From positions 1 through 40,053 of the forward strand of contig NW_021835231.1 in NCBI RefSeq assembly GCF_006345805.1: 40,053 bases of DNA, in the 5' to 3' direction. Below the pieces are notes generated by a model. The model saw only the letters and a program-made list of their open reading frames with translations, was not told the origin of the DNA and did no database searches. Made by a program: the position numbers and the translations under genes. This stretch comes from Octopus sinensis (lineage: Eukaryota). This document shows, one piece after another, positions 22,521 through 33,599 of the stretch (its first letter is position 1; the number at the start of each line of letters is the position of its first letter).

Positions 22521-23630
22521 TCTGTAGCTCCTAAAATAAAAAAAGAATAGCATTGAGATTTCTTCACGACCTCCTTCCCGTTTTATATAAAACTTAGTTT
22601 GAATACTTTTTTAAAAAGCAATTGAGAATGTAAGAATTTTACCTTGAGTTCACTTTTAACCTGAAATTGTAGTGTTATTGATATTACTATTCTAAAAAAG
22701 ATCTTTATTCTTTATTTTATTTTGACTTTTGATCAATTTTTTTGCGAGCGATGTATCTTCTCAAAATTTAATTACACATGACTTATGGATAATTGAGCCT
22801 ACCTGATCCAATAAATATATTTTTTGTATTCTTTCTACGAGAGGCCTTTTCTCTTTTTATTTCGAAAATGAATTTAGCTCGAATTATACTCTGGCGGACC
22901 CTTTTGTTGGTTTAAATTATTTTTATAACATCCTCAATGCTTAGTTCGGTCTAAATTCATCTGGAACATAAATACAAATAAAAACCGGATTTTTTCAAAG
23001 CAGTTTCGGAGAGAAATTTATCAGAAATTATATTTCCGCTGTCTATTTTGACTCCTCGTTCTATTACGAAATATTTTAAAATTGGCACCTCTACTTGACC
23101 GAAGACGACTTTTCTTAAAGTAACTGGTGTCAGTTTTATTCGAAATAAAATGTCTCTCATAAAATGGAATTCGGACATTTCAGTTTTATAAGATTCCTAT
23201 CAATTAGAATTAATCTCCGAATCCAACCCTTGAAGCGAGATGCACAATTATGTCGCCGTTTTATTCAAAATATATTTTATGTATTACTATGAAATGTATT
23301 TTTAGTTGTTCATAATTTATCGTTAACGATTTTTAGTCGTTCTATCAAACTCTAGTTTTTTGTTTAATTAAATACAAAAATTATAACTCAAAATTATAAA
23401 AATCGTCTTATCGCGAAAAGAGAGAGACTGAGAATGCCAGTTGATTTGTCGAAAAGTCTTCTTTCTTACTACAATAGAGGTATCGGGATCTACCAGTTAG
23501 CGGAGTAGTTGTTCTAAAAGGAGAAAAATCACTAATTAATGATAACTATAGTTTATTTAAATTTTAGCATTTTAATTATAAAAATTGGATTAAAGATATT
23601 AAGAACTATACAGAGTAGATACAATTTAAA

Positions 23631-25011
23631 ATGAATGATAACAAAGTCGTTCGATATAAAAATTGTTTAATTTATCACGACAAACAAATTCAAAAAGGAG
23701 ATTTATATACACAAAATGGAATTATCATTAATCCAAAAATTTTATTTTTAAAACATAAAAAGTCTGCCGATGTAGAAATCGACTGCTTGTCTTCAATCAT
23801 TTGCCCAGGATTTATTGATATCCAAATAAATGGTAATTGTCAGTTATGATTCAAGGCGCTATTGGAATTGATTTCTCTTTTCCACACCCGGATTACTACG
23901 GCAAACTTGATCAAGTCTCCAAATTTCTATTGAGTCATGGAGTCACCTCTTTTTGTCCAACAATAGTTACATCTTCATTAGAGACCTACAAATACGTTTG
24001 CAGGTCAATATATAGCCAAGGTGATTCCGCGAATTGTTAAGAGAAATGGTGGAAGCCACGGAGCCGGAATTTTAGGTTAAAATTATTCTTCAATTCAGGA
24101 ATTCACTTAGAAGGCCCTTTCATCGCCAAAAATAAGGCAGGCGCTCATCGTAAAGATTTGGTGATCGAAAAAGCTGATCTCGAGACCGTGATTAAGACGT
24201 ACGGAGAAGATCTCTCCAACGTGGCAATAGTGACTGTGGCTGCCGAACTTTGTCCCGACGAAACGCTTGAATTCTTTACTCAAAAGAATGTCGTGGTTTC
24301 GATTGGTTCCCATTTTCTGTGGTGAACTCTAAGGACATTCAAGTGCATCATTGAAGGAAGCTCTTCATTTTGTTGCCAATGGAGGGTCATTGATTACTCA
24401 TTTATTCAATGCGATGAACCCAGTTGAATGACTTCTGTATTTTAGTTTCATCATCGAAATCCAAGCATTTTTGGATTACTCGGAAGCACACTCTTTTCTA
24501 AAAGGATATATTATGGGATTATCGCGGACGGAATCCACGTACATCCTGCTTCGATAAAAATGGCTCATTCCTGCAATCCTAACGGTAATACAAATTTATT
24601 TATTCAAAGGATTTATCACTGTCACGGATGCAATGAGCGCCATGGGACTGGCTGAAGGAACACATCAGCTTGGAACTGTCACCGTTGATTTGAAAGGAGA
24701 GTCAGTGACGGTTCATGGGACAAACACGCTGGCAGGAAGGTTTATCGTTTTAAAATGATATCAGTGTAACCACACTTCCAAAGTCGATTAAAATGCTTGT
24801 CAACTCTGTAAAATTAACTGCCGCAGAAGCAATTGAAACAGCAACGTTACATCCAGCAGAAGTTTTGGGAATACAAAACCGCAAGGGAACTTTAGAGTTT
24901 GGTTCTGATGCGGACTTGGTAATACTGTCTCAGGAATTGACTCCCCTGGTGACCATCATAGCCGGGATACCCGTTTGGCAGTCTCCTGATTCTAAAATTA
25001 ACCTTAGTTAA
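23631..25011 (+). CDS. AMDHD2: N-acetylglucosamine-6-phosphate deacetylase (NagA/AMDHD2); 8 exons, 7 introns of 23-28 nt
   Basis: PGFIDIQING|AIGIDFS, GVTSFCPTIVTS, G|IHLEGPFI..KAGAH, G|HS, ITHLFNAMNP|FHHRNP, YGIIADGIHVHP, TDAMSAMG, LAGS|, ATLHPA..KGTL..GSDADLV. Each frame shift is explained by one GT-AG micro-intron (e.g. 23833-23855). Confidence 0.96.
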
Positions 25012-25176
25012 TTAATACATAACTCTTATTTTTCTAACAAAGGTTATTATTTTTCAATAAAAATCAACAGTATTAGAGAATCGGTTATGATTGATTCCCA
25101 AACAGTTTCCTTTGAGCAATTCGATCGATTTTTTTCTGAAAAAGCATTAAATACCTGTTCATTAGATTCCTTAGGA

Positions 25177-25383
25177 CAGGGGTGGCCAACCAGTCGATTG
25201 TTTTCGATATATAAATTTCAATATAGGACCCGTTTAACGGATAACCATCTTGCGGATTGCATGAGAATAGCACTAAGGTCATATGAGCAAGAATTTTAAA
25301 TAGTCGCAAGATAATTACAATGCCAAAAATCCCATTAACTTTTAATTATAAAATATCGTCGGTGAAAAGGTTGGCCACCCTTG
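25177..25383 (+). mobile_element. hAT Buster-type MITE (207 bp)
   Basis: 15-bp TIRs CAGGGGTGGCCAACC / GGTTGGCCACCCTTG. 8-bp TSD CCTTAGGA / CCTTAGGT with central TA. Interior encodes the transposase C-terminus YRTRLTDNHLADCMRIA. Confidence 0.92.
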
Positions 25384-25727
25384 CCTTAGGTCTACTGCAA
25401 CAAATTCTACAATCGACATGAATCCACTTGGAAAAAATCCATTTTGAAAATCTCACTAAAGAAAAGTGTTAAAGAGTTCTTTTTCTACTTATACGATATG
25501 AAAAGTGTTAAATTAAACACTCACAACCAGTGTTTCCTCTAAGCTGCGCGCGTGCGCGGCCGCGCAGCAGTTTGCACCTTGCTGCGCAGCGAAATTTTTT
25601 TCTGCGCAGTAGAAAGTATAATATTAAAAATTGCTATTTTTTTTAATTTTTTATATGAATTTATATATTCTTATTTTCATTTCAAAACGAAAACGTGTCT
25701 ATAATATTGATATGAGACTTAAGATAG

Positions 25728-25807
25728 ATTTATTGTATTTAAATATCTGTAATCTCTTCCCACGCCAATTTCGAACATTGAATAGCGTCCAATATTGTGA
25801 TTCCCTT
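25728..25807. repeat. 80-bp exact direct repeat, copy 1 (copy 2 at 29268-29347)
   Basis: ATTTATTGTATTTAAATATCTG...GTGATTCCCTT is identical at both sites, 3540 bp apart. Confidence 0.97.
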
Positions 25808-26235
25808 GGCTGAAGAGTATGCCCTGGATACTGGAATTCAGCCGTCGTGGGTTCGAATCCAGAAGAGGCTACTTTGGAGTCGGGGTTAATCTCGTCGAAG
25901 TTCCTTTGCCCGTGAGGTGACGAGTACATCTGGCACGACACAGTATGTCAAAAAGGGATCTCCTTCCTATCCGGCCTTAGAAAGGCGTTACGTGGTCCAC
26001 CAAATTCACTTGGAGATTTCGACTGGATTTGGAAACGCCGAGGGGGCACCTAATGCTCACCGAAAAAGGACCAATAGCTCTCCTACCCCCTGGGACATCG
26101 TCGTCGCAGGACGATGCACTTTGCATAGGATTGAACCTTTCCGGAGGATCTCCGTCAAAGTGCGTCGGGATCACATGCTAATTAGTTCGGTCTTAACTGT
26201 GGTCTTGGTGTTTAATAAATAAATAATAAATAAAG
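25800..26235 (+). mobile_element. tRNA-headed SINE (full-length-looking copy) inserted in the hAT 5' region
   Basis: A-box-like TGGCTGAAGAG (25807-25817) and perfect B-box GGTTCGAATCC (25850-25860) at tRNA spacing. CTGGATACTGGAATTCAG resembles the tRNA-Gln anticodon arm. (AATA)n tail. Body homologous to 8636-8962. Confidence 0.78.
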
Positions 26236-27282
26236 AAAAATTCTCCTTCTTTTAAGCCGGAATGGTTGATAGAGTACGTCGAAACCTTAACACCAGATTC
26301 AAAAATTCCCCAACATGTGCAACTGGGTGATATTTTTAGTTTTTCCGAAGACTGCGGAGTTGTTTGTAAAATATGTGGCGACGCTAAAGCGACTTGTGAT
26401 TTTGCGAGTGGAAAAACCTGGGATATATGGAAATTGGATTATCTGAAGAGACATATTACCCATAAAATTCATTCAGATTCAATAATAAAATTAAGAAGAA
26501 TTCGAGCAGGAACTGGAATCAGCTGCTTGCTCACAGAGTCTAAGGATGACCGACAGATGAGATTCAAAATGAGTGATCGTGCACGAAGTAAAATTGAAAA
26601 AGTGAAAATTCTCATTGACAATGTTATTTTGGCTCTCTCCATGAATGCTTCATTACTTTCTGTTATGAATATACATGATCATATGGCAAAATATGTAGAA
26701 CTTCCTGATAGCTGGCGAAGTAAAAATTATGCATTTGAGTTTGTTGAATGCATCGACTACGTGGTCAAAGAGATATGTATGCAGGAAATTAGAGAGTCTC
26801 GGTTCCATACACTCATTGTGGACGAAAGCACAGATATATCCGTAACCAAAATGCTTATTATATATATTAAATATCGTCCTACGGGACAAATTATCACAAA
26901 ACAGTTTTTGCTAGCATAATGAAACTTACAAGTTGTGACAGTAAATCTATTTTCATTGCAATCAAGAAATTCTACATGACAAACAATCTTGATTTTCAAA
27001 AGATGGTAATGTTTACATCAGATGGGGCATCCGTTATGCTAGGGAGAAGAAATGGCGTGGCATCACTGATCCGTGCTGAGGTTCCTCATCTTACTGAACA
27101 ACATTGCGTCGTTCACAGACAAGATCTAGGGATCGATGATGCATGGAAAAAAAATAATCTTGTGAAAAATATTGAAATATTACTCCGGACTGTTTATACT
27201 GTTTTCAGTCGATCAAGTATAAAAAAAGCTGCATTTCAGGACCTGGCTAATGTTGTTGTTGAAGATGTCGTTTCATTTAAGT

Positions 27283-28109
27283 CAGCGGTTCTCAAATGCG
27301 GCCCCGGGGCCGCATGTGGCCCCCAGGATTTTTTTTGCGGCCCCTCTAGAGCAACTAACTTTTTTAATTTTTTAATAATGTTTAAATTTAATTATTCATT
27401 CTTAAGGTTAAACATATCCATAATTAATGATTTCATTAATCAATTTGAAGCACGTTTTGGGGTACATTTATATAAATTTAATTTTTAGAATTTTAAAGAA
27501 TTCCTTCCTTTAATGAAAATATTCGCAACTCCATTCAGCGTGGAAATTAAGGATGCGCCTGCAAAGTTTCAACTAGAACTCATAATTTACAACATGATAT
27601 AGAACTGGCGGCATTGTTCAAAAATGCGTCCATTATTATTTTTACGATTAATTCCTCAAGACAAATTCCAAAATATAACACACAATGCATATATGAATAT
27701 ATCAATGTTTGGATCTACATATTTAGCGAATCAATATTTAGTAAAATGATTCGAATAAAAAATAATATCGTAACAAACTCACGGATAATAACTTGAGTCA
27801 GCTTTTACGAACTTCTTCGACTTTACTTATTCGGATTTCAAAAACTTAATAAACAAATAATACTTTCTTTTTAGTTGCAACGCCTTTTGTAGAATTTTTA
27901 GCTTGTATTTCTTCATAAAGGAAATGGAAATTAAAAAAGAAAAAAAGAGTCCAAAAACTCATTACTCATCAGTAGTGGCTGCATTTCGGATTGCAAGCGA
28001 GTTACCGGCTTGAAAATATAAAAAATATATATAATATTTTTTGTGCGGCCCGCGAAGCTAATCTTAATTATCGATTTGGCCCTTGAGCTAAAAAGGTTGA
28101 GAACCCCTG
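27283..28109 (+). mobile_element. Non-autonomous Buster/Charlie hAT (827 bp) nested in the larger hAT transposase
   Basis: TIRs CAGCGGTTCTCAA / TTGAGAACCCCTG. Perfect TSD ATTTAAGT at 27275-27282 and 28110-28117. Excision restores ..VVSFKSLNEVRWMSR.. Interior carries decayed GTF2IRD2-like C-terminal coding sequence. Confidence 0.95.
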
Positions 28110-29267
28110 ATTTAAGTCACTAAATGAAGTGAGATGGATGTCTCGGCATTTTGCTGTTAAAGCTTTGATAAAAAACTACACAATTTTAATTGAATATTTC
28201 AAGAAACAGGTTGAAGATGATAATGATCCGATTGCAAAATATTGCTTAAAACAACTTCAAAATCCTCTTATTCATGTTGCTTTAACTGTCTTAATGAAAT
28301 TTTGGCTGAATTAGCAGATTTGTGCACAGTTTTCCAAAGAAGCTGTATATCGACCATAGAAGCTGTACAGTTTGCCAGAGCAAAAATTTCGAAGCTGAAA
28401 TCTCAATATTGGATGGAAATGAAATTTACTGGAGTGACAGTGTGAAGATGTTGTTATCAACAACTGGTTATGGAGATACAAATACAGATGAAATCCTATG
28501 CTTTATCGAGCATGTTTATCTGCATTTACAAGAAAGATTTCAAGCTGACGAATTAAGAGAATGGGTAGCATTTGACACTCAAGCAATTCAAAATCAGACA
28601 AACTTTGAATTTGGAAAAGAGGAGATAATTAAATTAGCGAAAAAATATGAAAATTTACTCTCTTCAGAAGTCCCACTCATAAAACTGCAGTCGGAATATA
28701 CAGATCTCAAGTTTATTTTAAAAGAAAAACTGCACTCTGGTGCTTTGAAAACATTTGAAGATGTAATTTACTATATACTAGCGGAGAAAAAATTTTCAGC
28801 CACTGCAACATTTGTGGATATTTGTGGCACATTCAAGCGTCGAGTGCTGATGCTGAACGTGGATTTAGTTTGATGAACTGTATCAAAACTAAACTACGTA
28901 ATAGACTTGAGATTGACCATTTGGAGATGATCATGCGAATCAAGTTCTATTTAACAAGTGGGAATACAGTGGATCTTGATCGAGTATACAAATTTTGGAT
29001 ACAAAATAAAAACAGAAGAGAATATCCAATTGACTAGACCTATTTTTTTAACCATTGGTTTTTTAATTGTAAAATTTTCCCCCCCCAAAAATTTTTTGCA
29101 CACGTCACTTTATAACGCTGCACAATGCAATGTGCCCAGCGCGCATAGCTACCACTCGCTTAGAGGGAACACTGCTCACAACTACTTGAACATGAAAATA
29201 ATACGAAAAGAGCAAAAAATAGTACAAGAAAGTTTATGTTTGAACGTATAAAACAATTATTATTATT

Positions 29268-29347
29268 ATTTATTGTATTTAAATATCTGTAATCTCTTCC
29301 CACGCCAATTTCGAACATTGAATAGCGTCCAATATTGTGATTCCCTT
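29268..29347. repeat. 80-bp exact direct repeat, copy 2
   Basis: Identical to 25728-25807. Lies about 85 bp beyond the right TSD of the hAT. Confidence 0.97.
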
Positions 29348-29802
29348 TTTTGCTTAATCTATTTGTGCTACAGGATTTTTATCATAGATAATCGTTTTCA
29401 TCAGTAAAGACAATGTTCTGGCATACATTCAAACGATTCCATCAAAGACGTTAGGAAATATGTTCGTAGAATATAAACATGGTTTTGAAGACGTAATGAC
29501 TAAAACATTGATTCTCAACAAAAATTATGCAGTGCGGAACACTTATCAAAGAGGAGTCAATTATAAGAAGAGAAGACATGATAACACAAATGAGGTGACA
29601 GAAAACGAATACTCCAAAGAAAGGAAAAATAATAGCAAGAGGATAACTAAAGTTGATGTCCCTCTACAGGGAGGATCAGTAAATTGAAAAATTTAATTAA
29701 TTTAACTGTTAATTTCTTTGGTTTAAATACATAAATCCTAAAAAAATAATATAAATTTTTAAACAGTCGTAATAATAATTCAAAATAAGAATTCACGTCA
29801 AC

Positions 29803-31326
29803 ATGTCCATATTTAACGATCCTCTTAACTTCCTTAAAGTAATTAAAGCAAAGTCCAATCATAGTATGACGAATTAGTGACTCAAGCAATGGAACCGGGA
29901 AGCATTTTGAAAGCTAAAACCAGAACAATGAGGTTCCTAAAAATTCCATTCACGTTTCGAGGTGAAATATGTATCAAAACTCTAACAGGATGTGACCTAA
30001 TAGAATGGCTAAACGCTGTTCTTGCGCCTGAAACAAAATTTGAATGTGAAAACATTGCTAATAGCCTTTACAAATACGGATATATTTGCCCTGTCAATTA
30101 TAATAAAACGGACAAATTCAGAGATGACCTCGAAATTTACATATTTCAAGTGAATAATAATTGAATCATTTTAAGAGAAAATCATATTGGCCCAGTAATA
30201 ACCGAAGATATACAAAAAAAGATTATAGTATTTTATGATTATTTCTTCATTTCAGTGATTTATTTGTTGGACAAAATCATGTATCACAGCGTTTCAATGA
30301 ACGACAGAGAAAATGTATTATAATATATTTATTAAAGAGTATATATTAGATTATATTTTATTACCCGAGAATTCGAATCAAATTGGAAATGTATTGTTAA
30401 TGAAGTTAAAATAAATCACAAGTAAAATTACAACTATTTTTAGAAAAAAATATAAAACTAAAAGTGAGCAAAAAGTAGCAAAAATTCAAGATAAAAAAGC
30501 ATGGTCTATTAATTCTAAATATGTTAAAAATTGACTAAAGAAAAATAGATTTGGGATGATAATCCTCTGCAAGCATATGAATCTTTGTCAACTGTAGAAA
30601 TAGACGAAGAGCCGTACAAAAAGTACGGAAGTAAATCAGTAATATTAATTAGATTGAATGCATACGAAAGCAAATCAAAAGTGGATTTCCACGCGGGAAT
30701 AATGATTTGGTGAATTATATAGACAACTTGGAAGTACAACGATTTTATGGTGGATTGTGCGGATACGGCCGAGACATTACAGAACGAATTTTGCATATGG
30801 GAAAATATTTAAAGACAGCGTTATTCATGAACAGTTATATTATCAATTTTCTTGAGTTTCTACACTTTGAAAAAAGTCAAGAAAATTTGATCTTCTGGTA
30901 TAGCTGTCATCTCTTCCAGTTCATCAGCGAATCACAGCTTGAATCTACCGCAGAAAAAATATATAAGTAAAAATATAAAATAATTTATTAAAGAGCATTC
31001 ATTGAAGAAAATTCTAAATATGAAATAAATATCAGTTCAACAATTAGAAATTTAATTAAATCTTCAATGAAAAAACCACATCGGTAACATAATAAATATT
31101 TTTTTATAAATGCGAATTATTCTTATAAAAAATTATCTAAATATGTTTTAAAGTAAATGATTTTAGATTTATTTTTGATCAAGCTAGCAAAGATATTTTC
31201 AAATTAATGGAAACTGATTCGTTTGAAAGATTTATAAATTCTACAAAATATAAAAAAATTATTTTAAAATCAATGATTGAAAAATCCCAGAATAAAAAAT
31301 CAGTAAGTTCAGATGAAAATTTTTAA
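29803..31326 (+). CDS. R7-family regulator of G-protein signalling (DEP-DHEX-[GGL?]-RGS; RGS6/7/9/11, egl-10/eat-16-like)
   Basis: MSIFNDPLNFLK|YDELV..KIPFTFR|GCDLIEWL..YGYICPV..YIFQ|..YWPSN..DY|VIYL (DEP/DHEX). FLHFEKSQENLIFW..INIS..IFKLMETDSFERFINS (RGS box). Some internal splice sites are unresolved. Confidence 0.88.
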
Positions 31327-32092
31327 CAACAAAAAACTAGTAATTTGATCAGCCTGGATTTCTTAAAACAAATTATATTCATTTTTGGTGCAAATTACGA
31401 TTCTAGTCCGCTTAAATTAACACCAATATAACAAATTTTTGACAGTTTTATTTTCACAGAAAATATTTTATCTTGGTTGCATAGGAATTTTTTACCTGTG
31501 GTATAAATCAATCAAATAATAGAGAATCTTTTTTACCAGGATCGCAAAGTAATTCCCTCCAAAAATTAAGACGAAGATTTAAATGGTGAATGTAAAGTTC
31601 TGCTCCTTTTTAAAAAATTGATATTTTGTGTGATGATAGGTATTTTTTGTTGTCAAAAATTCTTTGAATAAATAATTTTTCGTGTCTTCCAAAGTCTAGA
31701 TTGTACAATAAAAAGTATATTACATTTTGAGAAGCCTGCCATACTATAACAAAATAATTAAGAAATAGTTAAAAATTTAAAATTGTCTCGAAGGATATTT
31801 TAAAAAGTATTCAAATCAAAACAATTGGGAAAGTCGATTTCAACGTCATTTTTATAATGATATTATTTGCAAATCGAAGATAGTTAACATTATAACTTTG
31901 TTATAACTTCCAATTTTTCAAAGGATAGTTCAGGATTAGTTTAAAAATCTATTAGAATCGGATATAAATTTATGTGATTCACTAGATATTATTATAAATG
32001 AGGATTTTATATTAGTACCTGAAGACTTCAAAAATTAAAAGTAAATTTATAGTTTTATTAATATTAAATAGTCTTATCTAATATTGATTATG

Positions 32093-32205
32093 CTGAATAG
32101 TGACTACTTACGACGACACAACGAAGTAGTGAAATGTGTACATCTACATCTATGCAGGGAGTATGGAATCGAGAAATCTAAGAAATTGAAAACCCGGTAA
32201 TCTCC
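32093..32205 (+). mobile_element. Tiny fragment of the same RLE-LINE family as 278-1330
   Basis: LNSDYLRRHNEVVKCVHLHLCREYGIEKSKKLK parallels DYIWRHNEVMRSIHLLLCNKYG near 1120-1200. Confidence 0.8.
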
Positions 32206-32320
32206 AAATTTAGGAATGGTATAAATCTCGACGTATAAGCAATAGATTTTAATTATTTTTTCATTTTTTATTAATTTAAGTCAAATTTAATGGATTTGTC
32301 TATTTTTTTAAGAATAAAAA

Positions 32321-32808
32321 TTAAGCCGAAAAAACATATTTGTTAACTATTAGGAGCAGAAAGTCTTGGAATATCTTCTCTTTATCAACTACCGAGGTCC
32401 GCCACGTGAATTCGTCCAAATAAGATTCAAATAACGCACGCGATGTTCCTAAAATAAATTTACGAGTTTTACCAAATTGCCTTTTTAGCTTTCTCTTCGC
32501 TCGCATCCATGTGTTTTCAATATTTTGAGTATGGATGGAGCGGTCCAAAGGGTGAACAAAATTTTCGGAGTGATTTATCACAGAATGTGAATAAATCCCT
32601 CCTTCAATGTGCGCAATCCCACTATAGGCTGCCCAACCATCAGTAATGATATGGGTGCCGGGAAGCACGCGTCAAACAATTACTTCATTCAGTGTTTCCG
32701 CTGTCCTGTCTAAAGGATAAATGGAAAAAAGAACCTGCAACTTCTTCAAAAAAGCACTTTCTAGTTCCCCTATCTATTCCACCCAATACCCAATGGCCTG
32801 GTCGCCAC
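32321..32808 (-). mobile_element. Merlin (IS1016/ISXO2-like DDE) transposase C-terminal half with two spliceosomal micro-introns
   Basis: WRPGHWVLGGIDRGT..VA|DRTAETL..LPGTHIITDGWAAY..NHSENFV..IHTQNIENTWMRAKR..QF|GTSR..SYLDEFTWR. Introns 32710-32734 (25 nt) and 32449-32472 (24 nt). One in-frame TGA. Confidence 0.9.
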
Positions 32809-33447
32809 CAATTAAAGCTAAAATTTCGGTATTGTACAAATAATTAACAAATATTAGTCAAAAAGGCCAATCTTGCAAAGAAGATTTGAAATCTATTGAC
32901 ATGAAACAAGTATTAGAAGAGAAGGAATTATTCCACAAACATAAAATTGATGGCCAATTGGAAGAAACTCTTGGCACTGAGAAGAGGCTAAAGTTGGAAG
33001 ATGTGAATTTGGACGAAGATGATCCCATTGACGAGGGTGGGATTGATTCAGACGATTCCTCTGACGGAGATGAAACAGCACAGTTAATGTCAGAACTTAA
33101 TAAAATTAAAAAAGAACGAATGGAAGAGGCCAAGAAAATGGTTTAATAAAATTTGATCACTGTTTACAGAACATGGAGAAAGAGCTTGAGGAGCAGAAAA
33201 TAAGGAATGAAAATATAATGCGGGGAAATCCCCTCATTTCACTTTCAGGCGATTTGGAAGGGAAAAGTGATTTTAGAGTCAAGGCAAAGTATTGTGATTG
33301 TGTTATTTTAGATGGGATGATGACGTGGTTTTTAAAAATTGTGCAAAAGAGACAAATAAAACAAAGCCCGAATTCATTAATGATTGTATTCGCTCGGAAT
33401 TCCACAAGAAATTCATGTCGAAATATTTTAATAATTTTTGTTTCTGA
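32809..33447 (+). CDS. CWC15: Spliceosome-associated protein CWC15, lacking its conserved first 35-40 or so codons
   Basis: KLKFR|[41 protein letters not shown]|[31 protein letters not shown]. Introns 32829-32857, 33141-33169 and 33289-33311. No MTTAARPT-like exon or in-frame ATG found upstream. Confidence 0.9.
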
Positions 33448-33599
33448 TTTTTAAAATTTAATGATCTCTTTACTCATTAAATCAATTTCTAAGAATTAAT
33501 AAAAAAATTAAAGACCATTCATGTTTCTTTGACTTTTTAATACCCTCCATAAGAGGCGTTCTCAGGTTTGAGTCAATTTGGATCTCTGCTCTATTTATG

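Larger units (their letters stand above)
25528..29174 (+). mobile_element. Full-length-bounded hAT transposon (ZNF862/C17orf113-like transposase), inactivated by frameshifts and nested insertions
   Basis: 17-bp TIRs CAGTGTTTCCTCTAAGC (25528-25544) / GCTTAGAGGGAACACTG. Perfect 8-bp TSD CTCACAAC at 25520-25527 and 29175-29182. Motifs LIVDESTDIS, FTSDGASVMLG, HCVVHR, EVRWMSR and SSADAERGFSLMNCIKTKLRNRL. Confidence 0.95.

Noticed and set aside
22957-23178. 73-aa minus-strand ORF upstream of AMDHD2
   Set aside because: It could not be extended by consistent splicing and has no family resemblance.
23631-25011. nagA as a bacterial gene or horizontal transfer
   Set aside because: It has seven spliceosomal introns, and animals have a native orthologue (AMDHD2). 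Nothing here indicates bacterial origin.
5995-25011. Functional cluster of N-deacetylases (ACY1 and AMDHD2)
   Set aside because: They are unrelated folds 16 kb apart on opposite strands with unrelated genes between them. Chance proximity is expected in a gene-dense genome.
25809-25845. Hammerhead ribozyme (CTGAAGA followed by a GTAT/ATAC stem)
   Set aside because: There is no GAAA after the stem, and the segment is accounted for by the A-box and tRNA arms.
25800-25870. Functional tRNA gene
   Set aside because: The acceptor stem pairs poorly, the anticodon loop is 8 nt, and the sequence continues into a repeated body with an A-rich tail. A SINE head explains it better.
29460-29687. 75-aa ORF as the first exon of the RGS gene
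   Set aside because: The splice I tried to the downstream exon hit a stop, and an ATG at 29803 already gives a sensible start.
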